Numbered from the stretch's first letter, positions 1 to 9,835 are shown. The stretch is 64,000 nucleotides of DNA from Patescibacteria group bacterium (GCA_038065355.1 JBBTRC010000010.1:157844-221843), one strand, 5' to 3'. Notes: generated from the letters alone by a model not told the origin. A program made the numbers and translations.

Positions 1-40
1 TCACCGCGCCACAGTGACAGCTTCCTTTGTGTGTTTTCAT
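1..40 (-). CDS. partial CDS (N-terminus only; gene continues beyond the window start): GFA/CENP-V-like Zn-binding family protein
   Basis: The reverse complement of 1-40 reads MKTHKGSCHCGAV. This matches the conserved GSCHCGAVRF N-terminal motif of the glutathione-dependent formaldehyde-activating enzyme family. Confidence 0.35.
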   Translation of the reverse strand, partial: MKTHKGSCHCGAV

Positions 41-137
41 ATCGCGTAGTATAGCAAATGTAATTGACAGAGGGCGACTAGAAAAGTCGCGGAAGCGCCG
101 TATACTTATGAGCATTACATAGATTAATCAACACATC

Positions 138-200
138 ATGGCCAAAGGACACGATCGTAAAAAGGAAGTGAAGAAGCCGAAGAAAGATAAGAAGAAGTAA
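138..200 (+). CDS. micro-ORF encoding a 20 aa lysine-rich peptide, MAKGHDRKKEVKKPKKDKKK
   Basis: ATG at 138 and TAA at 198-200, immediately followed by a strong hairpin terminator. It is below the length cutoff of the ORF track. Confidence 0.25.
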   Translation: MAKGHDRKKEVKKPKKDKKK

Positions 201-206
201 AGAAAA

Positions 207-241
207 AAGCCGCCGGTGCCTTTGGCACCGGCGGCTTTTTT
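207..241. terminator. bidirectional rho-independent terminator
   Basis: aaaaaagccgccggtgcc ttt ggcaccggcggcttttttc: a 12 bp GC-rich stem flanked by an A-run and a T-run. It serves the micro-ORF on + and the minus-strand gene ending at 242. Confidence 0.8.
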
Positions 242-2323
242 CTAAGCCTCAGCTCGCCACTTCTTCAAAGCTTTTGAGAAAAAGAGCGAAACGACAAATA
301 TGACAACCGAGAGCGCTAAGAATTTCGGATCAAAGGCATCGAAAGAGAGACCCATCGTACGAAGTTCTTCAAGGTCAACCGCCGCGCCAAGCGCGACAAA
401 GGTAGTGAGTCCGGGCATGATGCCTATCAAGGTGGCCAAGAAATACTCGCGCCACTTGGCGCCGACAACTCCCGACCCATAATTAGTAAGATCAAACGGC
501 ACGTAGAAGAGGCGCATCAAAAGTACCGCCTCAAAGGAATTGTTGCGAAGCTTCTCCACCCAGTTGCCGATGATAGTGTCTTCGAGCCGGAGACCTTTGC
601 CGAAGAAACGACCAATCGAGTAGGCAAAGTTGGCCGAGGCGTTCTCGCCGATAATAGTGAACAGTATGCCCCACCAGAATCCAAACAAAGCCCCAGACAG
701 CGCGGTGAGAAGTGTGGCGGGGAAAAGAATTAAGGGGCGAACAGCATAGAGCACCATGTAAGTGATCGGGCCCCACACGGTACTGGTGAAGAAGTCGAGC
801 AGGCTAAGGAGCACATCGGCGTACGAGAGGTGATTGCTGATGCGATACTGCTGAAAGCCAAAAATGAGCGAGAGCCAGAACAGGCCGGCGATCAGTTTGG
901 GAGCATTACGCCGGAAGACGCCGCCGATGTCCTTTTTGAGATCGCCAAACTGTCTGGCCACAAACTGATCGCCGGCCTTCTTCACGATGAGAGAGTAGGT
1001 CGGATAGGCGTAAATCAAGCCCTGCAAACTCCAGAGCGATATTTTTTGATCAATCGCCAGCGTGAATATTGTGATGAGCTCGCCAGCGGCCGGGCCGATG
1101 AGGTGAGCGCCGAGCACGGTACCGCTCAAGCGACGGGCGATGACGACGAGGAGACCGTCGGTCGCTTCGTCAGTCTTGGCTCGATCATTTTGTGTGAACG
1201 GCACTTCTACCCGCATCAGCTGATCCTCGGTGTACTTTTTGCGTGCTTCGTCCCATGACATACCGACTTGAGCTACTTCAGGGAGCGTGTAGGTGACTTT
1301 TGGTACGGCCTTTTGTCTGTTCACCCGGAGGAGTCCTTTGCTCACCACATGAGCGACGACCTGCCGCGCGGTGTCGTCGGCGGTGTGGGTAAACTTCAGT
1401 CTTTGCGCTACATCACCAAGCGCGTACACCTGTTTGTTTGAGGTGCGGTACTGGCTGTCGACCAAGACAGCGTTCGCGTCGTGCTTGATGCCGGCCTTCT
1501 CAAGCCCGGGCGGAATATTGGGCACGCGACCGATGGCGATAAGCACCTTATCGAATGAAACACGTTTCTCGCCGACTATGTCCGTTCCATTTTTTATATC
1601 AAACACGGCCTCTTTTCCCTCGATGCGATTGATAAAGGCATTTAGTTCAATATGTACACCTAGTTTTTCAAAGGCACTTCGGAGTACCGGGCGAATCGCC
1701 ACGTCTTCCAGTCTTCCGAATTCGGTGTCAATCGCGGTGATGGTGACGTGGCTTCCGAGCATGGCAAAGGCTTGGCCCATTTCGAGACCAATCGGGCCGG
1801 CACCAATGATGAGGAGTTTCTCCGGCGCTTCGGAGAGGGTAAAAATGTTTTGATTAGTGAGTATGTCAGCCTGGTCGAGTCCAGGAATAGACATGAGGCG
1901 GGGAGAAGAGCCAGTCGCGATGACGGCGTGGGTGTAGCGGTATTCTAGGCCACCGACCGTAAGGGAACACTTGGAATGAAATACTGCTTCGCCCATGACC
2001 ACGTCAATGCCAATTTTTTGAAAAGTTTCCGGTGTTTCTTCCGCCAGTATGTGGTTGACGATGTCGCGGACGTAGGTGAACGCGCGAGCGCGGAAGGCCT
2101 CGCCTTCCACGCTCTTCCCAGCCACCTGTGTCGCTCGATAATACTCCTTGGCGTGATGCAAAAGCGCCTTACTAGGTACACAGCCGGAGTTGGTGCACTC
2201 GCCACCCATGTGCTCTCGCTCCACCAACAACACTTTCTTTCCCACTCGACTGAAGCCGACCGCCGCCGTGAGACCACCCGAACCGGCGCCGATGACGACC
2301 ACGTCGTATTGTTTTGTTTCCAT
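242..2323 (-). CDS. fusion protein: N-terminal class-I FAD/NAD(P) pyridine nucleotide-disulfide oxidoreductase fused to a C-terminal DedA/TVP38 membrane domain
   Basis: 693 aa ORF. The N-terminus has the GxGxxG motif VVVIGAGSGG and the redox-active CTNSGC (CxxxxC) site. The C-terminal ~200 aa are multi-TM with DedA-like motifs (FGFWWG, RFFGKG, RLFYVPFDLTNYGSG). The usual C-terminal HPTxxE catalytic motif is replaced by YPTYSL. Confidence 0.75.
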   Translation of the reverse strand: METKQYDVVVIGAGSGGLTAAVGFSRVGKKVLLVEREHMGGECTNSGCVPSKALLHHAKEYYRATQVAGKSVEGEAFRARAFTYVRDIVNHILAEETPETFQKIGIDVVMGEAVFHSKCSLTVGGLEYRYTHAVIATGSSPRLMSIPGLDQADILTNQNIFTLSEAPEKLLIIGAGPIGLEMGQAFAMLGSHVTITAIDTEFGRLEDVAIRPVLRSAFEKLGVHIELNAFINRIEGKEAVFDIKNGTDIVGEKRVSFDKVLIAIGRVPNIPPGLEKAGIKHDANAVLVDSQYRTSNKQVYALGDVAQRLKFTHTADDTARQVVAHVVSKGLLRVNRQKAVPKVTYTLPEVAQVGMSWDEARKKYTEDQLMRVEVPFTQNDRAKTDEATDGLLVVIARRLSGTVLGAHLIGPAAGELITIFTLAIDQKISLWSLQGLIYAYPTYSLIVKKAGDQFVARQFGDLKKDIGGVFRRNAPKLIAGLFWLSLIFGFQQYRISNHLSYADVLLSLLDFFTSTVWGPITYMVLYAVRPLILFPATLLTALSGALFGFWWGILFTIIGENASANFAYSIGRFFGKGLRLEDTIIGNWVEKLRNNSFEAVLLMRLFYVPFDLTNYGSGVVGAKWREYFLATLIGIMPGLTTFVALGAAVDLEELRTMGLSFDAFDPKFLALSVVIFVVSLFFSKALKKWRAEA

Positions 2324-2442
2324 AACGTAATTATACGGTGCCGCTTGGTAATTGTTTCATCACAAAAAGAAAACCCGTTCATTCCGGAATGAACGGGTTT
2401 TCTTTTTGTCATAAAAGTTTGGGGTGAGCGTATAATTACGTT
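2324..2442. promoter_or_regulatory. divergent promoter region with dyad architecture
   Basis: A 14 nt inverted repeat (aacgtaattatacg at 2327-2340 and cgtataattacgtt at 2425-2438) abuts both divergent start codons and places a TATAAT 8 nt from each ATG. A central GC hairpin, aaaacccgttcattccggaatgaacgggtttt, lies at 2369-2405. Confidence 0.55.
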
Positions 2443-3768
2443 ATGAGCATACACAATATTTTAGAGGAGCTACGACAAAAGTACTCCCACCAACCCACTT
2501 TTATACAAACTGCCACTGAGATTTTAGAAAGTATTGCACCGTATTTAGAGTCGCTCCCTGCGACTGAAGCCGACTACCGACTGGTGCGCCGGATGCTCAT
2601 TCCCGAACGAATTATTACCTTCCGAGTGGACTGGTTGAATGACCAAGGAGTGCTAGAGACCAACACCGGCTATCGCATCCAATACAACTCCGTCCTTGGG
2701 CCATACAAGGGTGGCTTGCGGTTTGATCCGTCAGTCACCGAAGACGTGCTCAAATTTTTGGGACTGGAGCAGATTTTCAAGAATGCCTTGACTGGCCTCC
2801 CGCTCGGTGGCGGTAAAGGCGGTAGTGATTTTAATCCGAAGGGCAAGAGTGACAACGAGATCCGCAGTTTTGCGCGGGCATTTATGATTGAACTCCATCG
2901 TCATATTGGCTTAGACCTCGATGTGCCGGCTGGCGACATTGGCGTCGGTGGTCGTGAGATCGGCTATCTGTTTGGCATGTACAAACAATTAGCACGAGGA
3001 AACGCCGGCGCACTGACCGGCAAGGACCCACTCATCGGCGGCTCACTTGGCCGTACCGAAGCGACCGGATATGGCATTGTGTATTTTGCTGAAGCGGTGG
3101 CAAAAGAGCACGCACTTGCGCTCTCTGGTATGAAGGTGGTGGTATCTGGCTCGGGCAATGTAGCAGAATTTACCGCCCGCAAGCTCATAGAGAAGGGCGC
3201 TGTTGTCCTCACACTCTCCGACCGTGGCGGCTATCTCTTCAAAGAGACCGGCTTCACCCCGGCTGACATCGACACGCTGGCACGTGAAAAGGATGCTGGA
3301 AAAGCACTCAAAGATATTGCCACTCCCGGCGCCACCTACCACGACGGTACGCCTTGGCAACACGTCGCGGCGGATGCATATTTCCCCTGTGCGACACAAA
3401 ATGAAGTGAGCAAAGCGGACGTCGAGGTGATGGTCAAATCGGCCAAGCTCATTGTCGAAGGCGCCAACATGCCACTCACGCTTGAGGCGCTCGCGCTCGT
3501 GCGTAAGGCAGGCATTCCGCTGGCGCCGAGCAAGGCGGCCAATGCTGGCGGGGTAAGTGTGTCTGGCCTTGAGATGGTGCAGAACGCGGAGCACCTGTCG
3601 TGGACATACGAGCAGGTGGACACTGAGCTACAAAAAATCATGCAACACATTCATTCGCTCTGTGTTGAGAACGGCCGAGCCGCCGACGGACACGTTGACT
3701 ACGTAAACGGCGCCAACATCGCTGGTTTCAAGCGCGTCTTTGAAGGTATGAAAAAATTGGGGTGGTAA
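2443..3768 (+). CDS. gdhA: NADP-specific glutamate dehydrogenase
   Basis: 441 aa with the Glu/Leu/Phe/Val dehydrogenase signature GGGKGGSDFNPKGKSDNE and typical GDH N- and C-domains. Confidence 0.9.
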   Translation: MSIHNILEELRQKYSHQPTFIQTATEILESIAPYLESLPATEADYRLVRRMLIPERIITFRVDWLNDQGVLETNTGYRIQYNSVLGPYKGGLRFDPSVTEDVLKFLGLEQIFKNALTGLPLGGGKGGSDFNPKGKSDNEIRSFARAFMIELHRHIGLDLDVPAGDIGVGGREIGYLFGMYKQLARGNAGALTGKDPLIGGSLGRTEATGYGIVYFAEAVAKEHALALSGMKVVVSGSGNVAEFTARKLIEKGAVVLTLSDRGGYLFKETGFTPADIDTLAREKDAGKALKDIATPGATYHDGTPWQHVAADAYFPCATQNEVSKADVEVMVKSAKLIVEGANMPLTLEALALVRKAGIPLAPSKAANAGGVSVSGLEMVQNAEHLSWTYEQVDTELQKIMQHIHSLCVENGRAADGHVDYVNGANIAGFKRVFEGMKKLGW

Positions 3769-3788
3769 AAAGGTAAAACTTGGACAGG

Positions 3789-3827
3789 AAAAAGACGGCC
3801 CCAGAGCGGACCGTCTTTTGTTTTTGC
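3789..3827. terminator. terminator between convergent gdhA and the minus-strand gene
   Basis: aaaagacggcc...ggaccgtcttttgtttttg: a stem followed by a T-run. Confidence 0.55.
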
Positions 3828-3856
3828 ACTGATGCTAGTCGGTGCGAGTGACCTCA

Positions 3857-4288
3857 TTAATCTTTTGAGTGATTCGGGTCGGCGAGGAGTCGTAACCCTC
3901 GAATTTTTTGTGCGGTCGATTCGGTGAATCCAGTGAGAAATTGGTCGAATGAGATCGATTCGTATCTCCCGTCACATTCTTTGAACCTCGGATCATTCTT
4001 CAGGTTGAAGGAGTTCCAGACGTACCAGCCGTCGGCGCACTGTCGAACGAGTCGGCCGTATACTTCCCCATCTTCGTCAGGTTTGGCGATTTGGAAATAG
4101 AAGTGATCACCCTCCCCGTCGAATCCCACGACCTGCAACTGCATTTGCCTGTATTGGGTGAGACTGTCTTCAAAGCAAACTTTAGCCCATGTTCGATTCG
4201 GCTTACTGGCGCAATCGATACCATTGGCGAATGCCGACGGTGCCATCAGCATGAAGAACACAACAAAGACTACAAAGATCTTTTTCAT
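3857..4288 (-). CDS. hypothetical small secreted protein (signal peptide, 4 Cys)
   Basis: 143 aa with the N-terminal signal sequence MKKIFVVFVVFFMLMAPSAFA. No recognisable domain. Confidence 0.6.
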   Translation of the reverse strand: MKKIFVVFVVFFMLMAPSAFANGIDCASKPNRTWAKVCFEDSLTQYRQMQLQVVGFDGEGDHFYFQIAKPDEDGEVYGRLVRQCADGWYVWNSFNLKNDPRFKECDGRYESISFDQFLTGFTESTAQKIRGLRLLADPNHSKD

Positions 4289-4407
4289 GAGATTTCTTCC
4301 TCATAAAGAGGCGGAATTGCCTCGAGAACTAAAGGGGATAGTAACATTAAATTATATTAAAGTCAATATTTTGCAGAGAGTGTCACCAGGCGAGGCTACA
4401 CCTTTGT

Positions 4408-4441
4408 GCCGCCAGAAACGCTTTGCGTTTCTGGCGGCTTT
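4408..4441. promoter_or_regulatory. perfect 14 bp hairpin in the divergent region upstream of fusA
   Basis: gccgccagaaacgc tttg gcgtttctggcggc followed by ttt. Confidence 0.5.
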
Positions 4442-4512
4442 GACGTATAGTAGCGGCGTTAATCCTCTCGGGAGGTTTATTTTTTAGTTTAGTTAACTTT
4501 TTATTATTTGTT

Positions 4513-6684
4513 ATGGCACGAGCATTTCCACTAGAACGACTCCGCAATTTCGGTATTGTCGCGCATGTTGACGCGGGCAAGACTACCACGTCTGAACGCG
4601 TGCTTTTCTACACCGGCGTGAGTCACAAAATCGGCGAAGTGCACGACGGCGCCACCGTGACCGACTGGATGGAGCAGGAACGCGAACGCGGCATCACCAT
4701 CACTGCCGCTGCCATTTCTTGTAACTGGTCAAAGACTAACGTGGCTGACCGAAAAGATACCTCGCAGATGTACTCTTTCAACATCATCGACACGCCCGGC
4801 CACATCGACTTTACCGCCGAAGTGAAGCGCTCAATGCGCGTCTTAGACGGCGCGGTGGTCGTATTTGACTCGGTCGCCGGCGTCGAACCGCAGTCGGAAA
4901 CCAACTGGGGTTATGCCGACGAAGCCGGTGTCCCGAGAATTTGCTTCATCAACAAAATGGATCGCATGGGCGCCGATTTTGAAAAATCGTACAAAAGCAT
5001 CCTTAACCGTCTTTCCAAGAAAGCGGTGCGCCTCCAGATCCCGTGGGGAAGTGAAGGCAACTTTAAAGGTGTCGTCGACCTCATGAAAATGAAAGCCTAC
5101 ACTTTTACCGGTGAGATGGGTATGACGGTCGTTGAACAGGAGATTCCAGCCGAACTTCTTGACGAGGCAAAGAAATATCGCGCCGAACTAGTCGAACGCG
5201 TGGTTGAACACGATGACGCACTCATGGAACGCTTTTTGGCTGGTGAAGAGCCAACTGTCGAAGAGCTCATGATGACGCTCCGCAAAGCAGTGATTGCCAA
5301 CCAAATTTTTCCCGTCCTCACTGGTTCGGCGCTCAAGAATGTCGGCGTACAGCTCGTGCTCGACGCAGTGGTTGATTACCTTCCCGCGCCAACCGACCTG
5401 CTACCGGTCAAAGGCATCAATCCTAAGGACGACTCGGAAGTCGAACGGAAGCCAGCTGACAGCGAACCCTTTGCGGCGCTCGCCTTCAAGCTCCAGACCG
5501 ACCCCTTCGTCGGCCAACTGACCTTCTTCCGTGTGTATTCTGGCACGGTGAAATCCGGAAGCTACATCTACAACTCTACTAATGGTGAGAAAGAGCGCCT
5601 CGGCCGCATCGTCCGCCTCATGGCTGACAAGCGAACCGAAATCGAAGAAGTGTTCGCGGGCGAAATCGCCGCCGGCGTCGGACTGAAAGACGTGAAAACC
5701 TCACACACCCTCTGTGATGAAGCCAAGCCGATTATTTTGGAACAGATCACCTTCCCGGAACCAGTTGTCGCGATGCGGGTTGAACCAAAGACAAAAAATG
5801 ACCAAGAAAAGATGGGTACCGCGCTCAAGAAACTGGCAGACGAAGATCCAACTTTCAAAGTTTCAACCGACGACGAGACCATGGAAACGATTATTGCTGG
5901 TATGGGCGAACTCCACCTTGAAATTCTTATCGACCGCATGAAGCGGGAGTTTGGTGTCGAAGCCAACGTCGGCGCGCCACAAGTGGCCTATCGCGAAACT
6001 ATCCAACGCGAAGCTGAAGCCGAATACAAATACATCAAACAGTCAGGCGGCCGCGGTCAGTATGGTCACGTGAAGATCAAGATCCGCCCGATGCAGCCGC
6101 TCGGTGAAGACGAAACAGTGAAGAAGAACGTCACTCGTGAAGACCACTTTGAATTCATCAACAACATCAAGGGTGGCGCGATTCCTGGTGAGTACATCCC
6201 AGCGGTTATGAAGGGCGCCAAAGAGGCGATGGGACGCGGATTTGTGGCGGGCTACAAGATGGAAGACATTTCGGTCGAACTCTTTGATGGTAGTTACCAC
6301 GATGTCGACTCGTCTGAAATCGCCTTTAAGCTGGCCTCTATTCACGCCTTTAAGGCGGCGGCGGCCAAAGCCGGCGCGGTCTTGCTCGAACCAATCATGA
6401 AGATTGAAGTGCGCACTCCGGAAGAGTTCATGGGTGACATCAACGGCAATATCTCCAGCAAGCGCGGCCACGTCGAGGGTATGGACGATATCGGCGACAA
6501 GAAGGTGATTACCGCCAAGGTGCCATTGTCGGAAATGTTTGGCTACACTAATACGCTCCGCTCGATGACGCAGGGTCGCGCGTCGATGATGATGGAATTC
6601 CACCACTACGATGTGGTACCAAATAACGTCGCAACAGAAATCAAGAAAGCCCGCGGAGTGAAAGATGTGGAAGAAGAAGCGTAA
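4513..6684 (+). CDS. fusA: translation elongation factor G
   Basis: 723 aa with the [10 protein letters not shown]1 motif, DTPGHIDF, and full EF-G domain order. It has a ~10 aa insertion before the DTPGH motif. Confidence 0.95.
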   Translation: MARAFPLERLRNFGIVAHVDAGKTTTSERVLFYTGVSHKIGEVHDGATVTDWMEQERERGITITAAAISCNWSKTNVADRKDTSQMYSFNIIDTPGHIDFTAEVKRSMRVLDGAVVVFDSVAGVEPQSETNWGYADEAGVPRICFINKMDRMGADFEKSYKSILNRLSKKAVRLQIPWGSEGNFKGVVDLMKMKAYTFTGEMGMTVVEQEIPAELLDEAKKYRAELVERVVEHDDALMERFLAGEEPTVEELMMTLRKAVIANQIFPVLTGSALKNVGVQLVLDAVVDYLPAPTDLLPVKGINPKDDSEVERKPADSEPFAALAFKLQTDPFVGQLTFFRVYSGTVKSGSYIYNSTNGEKERLGRIVRLMADKRTEIEEVFAGEIAAGVGLKDVKTSHTLCDEAKPIILEQITFPEPVVAMRVEPKTKNDQEKMGTALKKLADEDPTFKVSTDDETMETIIAGMGELHLEILIDRMKREFGVEANVGAPQVAYRETIQREAEAEYKYIKQSGGRGQYGHVKIKIRPMQPLGEDETVKKNVTREDHFEFINNIKGGAIPGEYIPAVMKGAKEAMGRGFVAGYKMEDISVELFDGSYHDVDSSEIAFKLASIHAFKAAAAKAGAVLLEPIMKIEVRTPEEFMGDINGNISSKRGHVEGMDDIGDKKVITAKVPLSEMFGYTNTLRSMTQGRASMMMEFHHYDVVPNNVATEIKKARGVKDVEEEA

Positions 6685-6718
6685 GCTTCGCCCCACCTTG
6701 CAAGACTTTACCTTTTCT

Positions 6719-6757
6719 GAAAAAGCGGGGCGGCCCAAAGGGCCGCCCCGCTTTGCT
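6719..6757 (+). terminator. rho-independent terminator after fusA
   Basis: aaaagcggggcggccc aaa gggccgccccgctttg. Confidence 0.8.
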
Positions 6758-6796
6758 ATAATAAAAAGTATTATATAGTCTATTTAAACAAAAACC

Positions 6797-7669
6797 ATGG
6801 AAGGTGCACCAAAAAATAATAACGAAAGGAAAACTGGCAGATGGAAGAACATGCTGGGTGCAGCTATGGCACTTGGCTCGGCTTCTGCTATGTCGCCCGA
6901 AGCGGAGGCACAACAACCTCCACATTCTTACGAGGAGACTGTAGAGAACAAACAAGAAGTTATTGAACAGAGCCGTTCTCAGGCGATTACAGATTTAAAA
7001 GATATTGCTATGAGTACTGCGTGGCGAACCGAAGATGGTGAAGACAAAAACCAGATTGCAGCAGCCGCAGAACATGATGTAAAATACATTCTCAAAGCGT
7101 ATGTAGCCACTTTTGATACAGAGCGACCGCAGACTTACGATGAAGGTCGTCTAGACAGGACCATTCCGTCGCAGGCAGCACACGAAGCGGCTTTGATCGA
7201 ATTTAGTAATTTATTTGAAGCCGATCCAGACCTTCAAAATAGTCCACATGCTCTGCTGTTTAAGACTATGTTAGAAAACGTGGTTGCACACGGCATAAAC
7301 CCATCGAACCAAAAACTTGAATCCAAGTGGCAAAGACGAGATCGAATAATCGGAGAAGCAATAGAAGAAGCCGACAAACTCTTGGAAGAATCCGATAAAT
7401 CTATTGTAAAAATCCAAGAAAAACGGGAGGAATTAGACAAAGAGTATGAAGAGTTACAGGCCAAGTTCGAAGATCTGCGCCGGCGTGGAATCTTGAAGAA
7501 TCCAGAAGATAGGGTGTCACCTGAAGAAGCGCGTGACGAACGAATACAGTTTCTTAAAGACAAACGAGACAAGGCAGATGGGGGAGGGGGTGATTTGTCC
7601 AAGCAGGAATATCGCGAACTCAATCGTCTTATGGAAGAGCGACGTAATGAGAGAAAGGGTATAAAGTAA
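6797..7669 (+). CDS. hypothetical charged coiled-coil protein inserted between fusA and tuf
   Basis: 290 aa, K/E/R/D-rich with heptad-like segments (EEADKLLEESDKSIVKIQEKREELDKEYEELQAKFEDLRRRG). An Ala-rich signal-like N-terminus (AAMALGSASAMS) is possible. Confidence 0.6.
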   Translation: MEGAPKNNNERKTGRWKNMLGAAMALGSASAMSPEAEAQQPPHSYEETVENKQEVIEQSRSQAITDLKDIAMSTAWRTEDGEDKNQIAAAAEHDVKYILKAYVATFDTERPQTYDEGRLDRTIPSQAAHEAALIEFSNLFEADPDLQNSPHALLFKTMLENVVAHGINPSNQKLESKWQRRDRIIGEAIEEADKLLEESDKSIVKIQEKREELDKEYEELQAKFEDLRRRGILKNPEDRVSPEEARDERIQFLKDKRDKADGGGGDLSKQEYRELNRLMEERRNERKGIK

Positions 7670-7935
7670 AACAAGGCTGATTGTGGGGAAGTTGGTAGCG
7701 GGGGGTGGGGGCGGGCCGCTTTTGTGGCTCAACATATTGCAAAAAAGAACAACTCTGGTACCATAGCGCCACCGCCACAGGTGTTCTGTGCGTGGAGCGT
7801 AATATTAGTGCTCTTTCACACGTTTGAGTGTTCAAACACTGCGCGATGTTCTCGCGCCGCACTGTTTGCACACTCGCCACTGCTTTTAGCAATTGTGTGC
7901 GGTTTATTACTTCAATACTAATTTAAGTATTTAAC

Positions 7936-9129
7936 ATGGCAGAAACATTTGATCGTTCAAAGCCGCACATCAACGTCGGTACCATTGGTCACGTCGACCA
8001 TGGTAAGACGACCTTGACCGCCGCTATTCTCTCCACTTTGAATTCTCGAAGTGGTGAAGGTTATAAAGCAAACGTAAAAGGCGTTGATGATATCGACAAG
8101 GCGCCAGAAGAAAAGGCCCGCGGTATCACTATTTCGCTCTCTCACTCGGAATACGAAACTCCGAAGCGTCACTACGCGCACATTGATGCGCCTGGTCACG
8201 CTGACTACATTAAAAACATGATCACTGGAGCCGCCCAGATGGACGGCGCGGTGCTGGTCGTTGCGGCCACCGATGGTGCGATGCCGCAAACTCGTGAGCA
8301 CGTGCTCCTGGCCAAGCAGGTGGGTGTGCCAAAGATCATTGTCTTCCTCAACAAAGTTGACATGGTGGACGATGAAGAAATGCTCATGCTGGTTGAAGAA
8401 GAGCTTCGAGAGCTTCTCACCAAAAATGGCTATGACGGCGCCAACGCACCAATCATCAAAGGGTCTGGTCTCAAGGCGCTTGAAGGTGATGCAAAATACC
8501 AAGAAAAAGTCGTCGAACTCGTCACCGCTATGGATGACTATTTCCCAACACCAGTCCGCGAGCTCGATAAACCATTCTTGATGCCGGTTGAAGACATCTT
8601 CTCAATTGAAGGTCGCGGCACCGTCGTGACTGGCCGTGTTGAACGCGGAAAGGTGAAGGTGGGTGAAGAAGTAGAAATTGTTGGTATCAAACCAACCGCC
8701 CTCACTACCGTCACCGGTGTTGAAATGTTCAATAAACAGCTCGACCAAGCGCAAGCAGGCGACAACGCCGGTATCTTGCTACGCGGTACTAAGAAAGAAG
8801 ATATTCACCGCGGTCAGGTATTGGCGGCCAAGGGCTCAGTGACCCCGCACACCGAATTTGAAGCGGAAGTCTACGTGCTTTCCAAGGACGAAGGCGGTCG
8901 TCACACCCCATTCTTCTCTGGGTACAAGCCACAATTTTACGTTCGCACTACCGACGTGACCGGCGATGTAAGCCTGGCTGAAGGCACCGAAATGGTTATG
9001 CCGGGCGATACCGCCACCTTCAAAGTGAAGCTTGTGGCTCCAGTAGCACTTGAAGCCCAGCAAAACTTCGCCATCCGTGAGGGAGGTAAGACCGTTGGCG
9101 CTGGCGTGGTCACCAAGATTATCGCGTAA
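7936..9129 (+). CDS. tuf: translation elongation factor Tu
   Basis: 397 aa with [22 protein letters not shown] and NKVD motifs. Confidence 0.97.
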   Translation: MAETFDRSKPHINVGTIGHVDHGKTTLTAAILSTLNSRSGEGYKANVKGVDDIDKAPEEKARGITISLSHSEYETPKRHYAHIDAPGHADYIKNMITGAAQMDGAVLVVAATDGAMPQTREHVLLAKQVGVPKIIVFLNKVDMVDDEEMLMLVEEELRELLTKNGYDGANAPIIKGSGLKALEGDAKYQEKVVELVTAMDDYFPTPVRELDKPFLMPVEDIFSIEGRGTVVTGRVERGKVKVGEEVEIVGIKPTALTTVTGVEMFNKQLDQAQAGDNAGILLRGTKKEDIHRGQVLAAKGSVTPHTEFEAEVYVLSKDEGGRHTPFFSGYKPQFYVRTTDVTGDVSLAEGTEMVMPGDTATFKVKLVAPVALEAQQNFAIREGGKTVGAGVVTKIIA

Positions 9130-9156
9130 GCGCCTCTGTACTAGGGCATTATCTGT

Positions 9157-9495
9157 ATGGCAACACACACCGCAAAAACCACTGGTGAAATTAACAAGCT
9201 ACGTATTCGTGTGCGCGCGTACGAGAATAAAATTCTCGACGCCAGCACGAAGCAAATTATTGACACCGCCTTGCGTTTTGACGCTAAGGTAGTTGGACCG
9301 ATTCCTCTTCCCACGGAAATCAAAAAATACACCGTCAATCGTTCGACGTTCGTGCACAAGGACGCGCGAGAACAATTTGAGATGCGAACTCACAAGCGAG
9401 TCATCGACATCTTAAATCCGAGTCCGAAAGTAGTCGAAGCCCTCACGAACCTCTCACTTCCGTCGGGAGTTAACATTGACGTGAAAATGATGTGA
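9157..9495 (+). CDS. rpsJ: 30S ribosomal protein S10
   Basis: 112 aa with S10 family conservation (IRVRAYENKILD...PLPTEIKKYTVNRS). Confidence 0.93.
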   Translation: MATHTAKTTGEINKLRIRVRAYENKILDASTKQIIDTALRFDAKVVGPIPLPTEIKKYTVNRSTFVHKDAREQFEMRTHKRVIDILNPSPKVVEALTNLSLPSGVNIDVKMM

Positions 9496-9536
9496 AGTGA
9501 GCAAACGAGCGCAAGCGACTATTGCGAACTTCCTCA

Positions 9537-9572
9537 GAAAATTGTTCACTCCTAGAACAATTTTTTGAGCAG
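9537..9572 (+). terminator. terminator after rpsJ
   Basis: aaaattgttc actccta gaacaattttttg: a 10 bp stem followed by a U-run. Confidence 0.6.
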
Positions 9573-9616
9573 AACCATTGCAGTCCAGGCTGTTGTTTAT
9601 CATTCCTAGGTTTGTT

Positions 9617-9657
9617 GCCAACACAAAAGCCGCGCCCCTTTGGGGCGCGGCTTTTCG
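9617..9657 (+). terminator. second terminator-like hairpin in the rpsJ-rplC gap
   Basis: aaaagccgcgcccc ttt ggggcgcggcttttcg: a perfect 14 bp stem. Confidence 0.65.
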
Positions 9658-9716
9658 TTATCCCCACAGACGCCTTGTTTTTCAGAAACTATGCCCCGAT
9701 AATACAGGGACAACAG

Positions 9717-9752
9717 GAGGCGACCCTAAAAGGGTCGCCCCTTTCTGTTGTA
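9717..9752 (+). terminator. third terminator-like hairpin
   Basis: ggcgaccct aaa agggtcgcc followed by cctttctgttg. Confidence 0.55.
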
Positions 9753-9835
9753 TTCCTGTAGTTATAGTTGGAAACATAAGCACAGGAGTGACGCGAGAAT
9801 AGTTCTTTTAGTTCTTTTTTAACAAAAAATATCTA

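Noticed and set aside
6043-6738. 231 aa minus-strand ORF inside fusA. Similar antisense ORFs occur inside tuf (7957-8502), rpsC (16277-16921), secY (31975-32502) and the oxidoreductase gene (1371-1853).
   Set aside because: All are antisense to strongly conserved, confidently identified genes and have no recognisable features. They are spurious ORFs typical of GC-rich coding DNA.
7697-7716. G-quadruplex call upstream of tuf.
   Set aside because: Only noted as a possibility inside another finding. The four tracts are uneven (G6, G5, G3) and no experimental support is available, so it is not listed as a feature.
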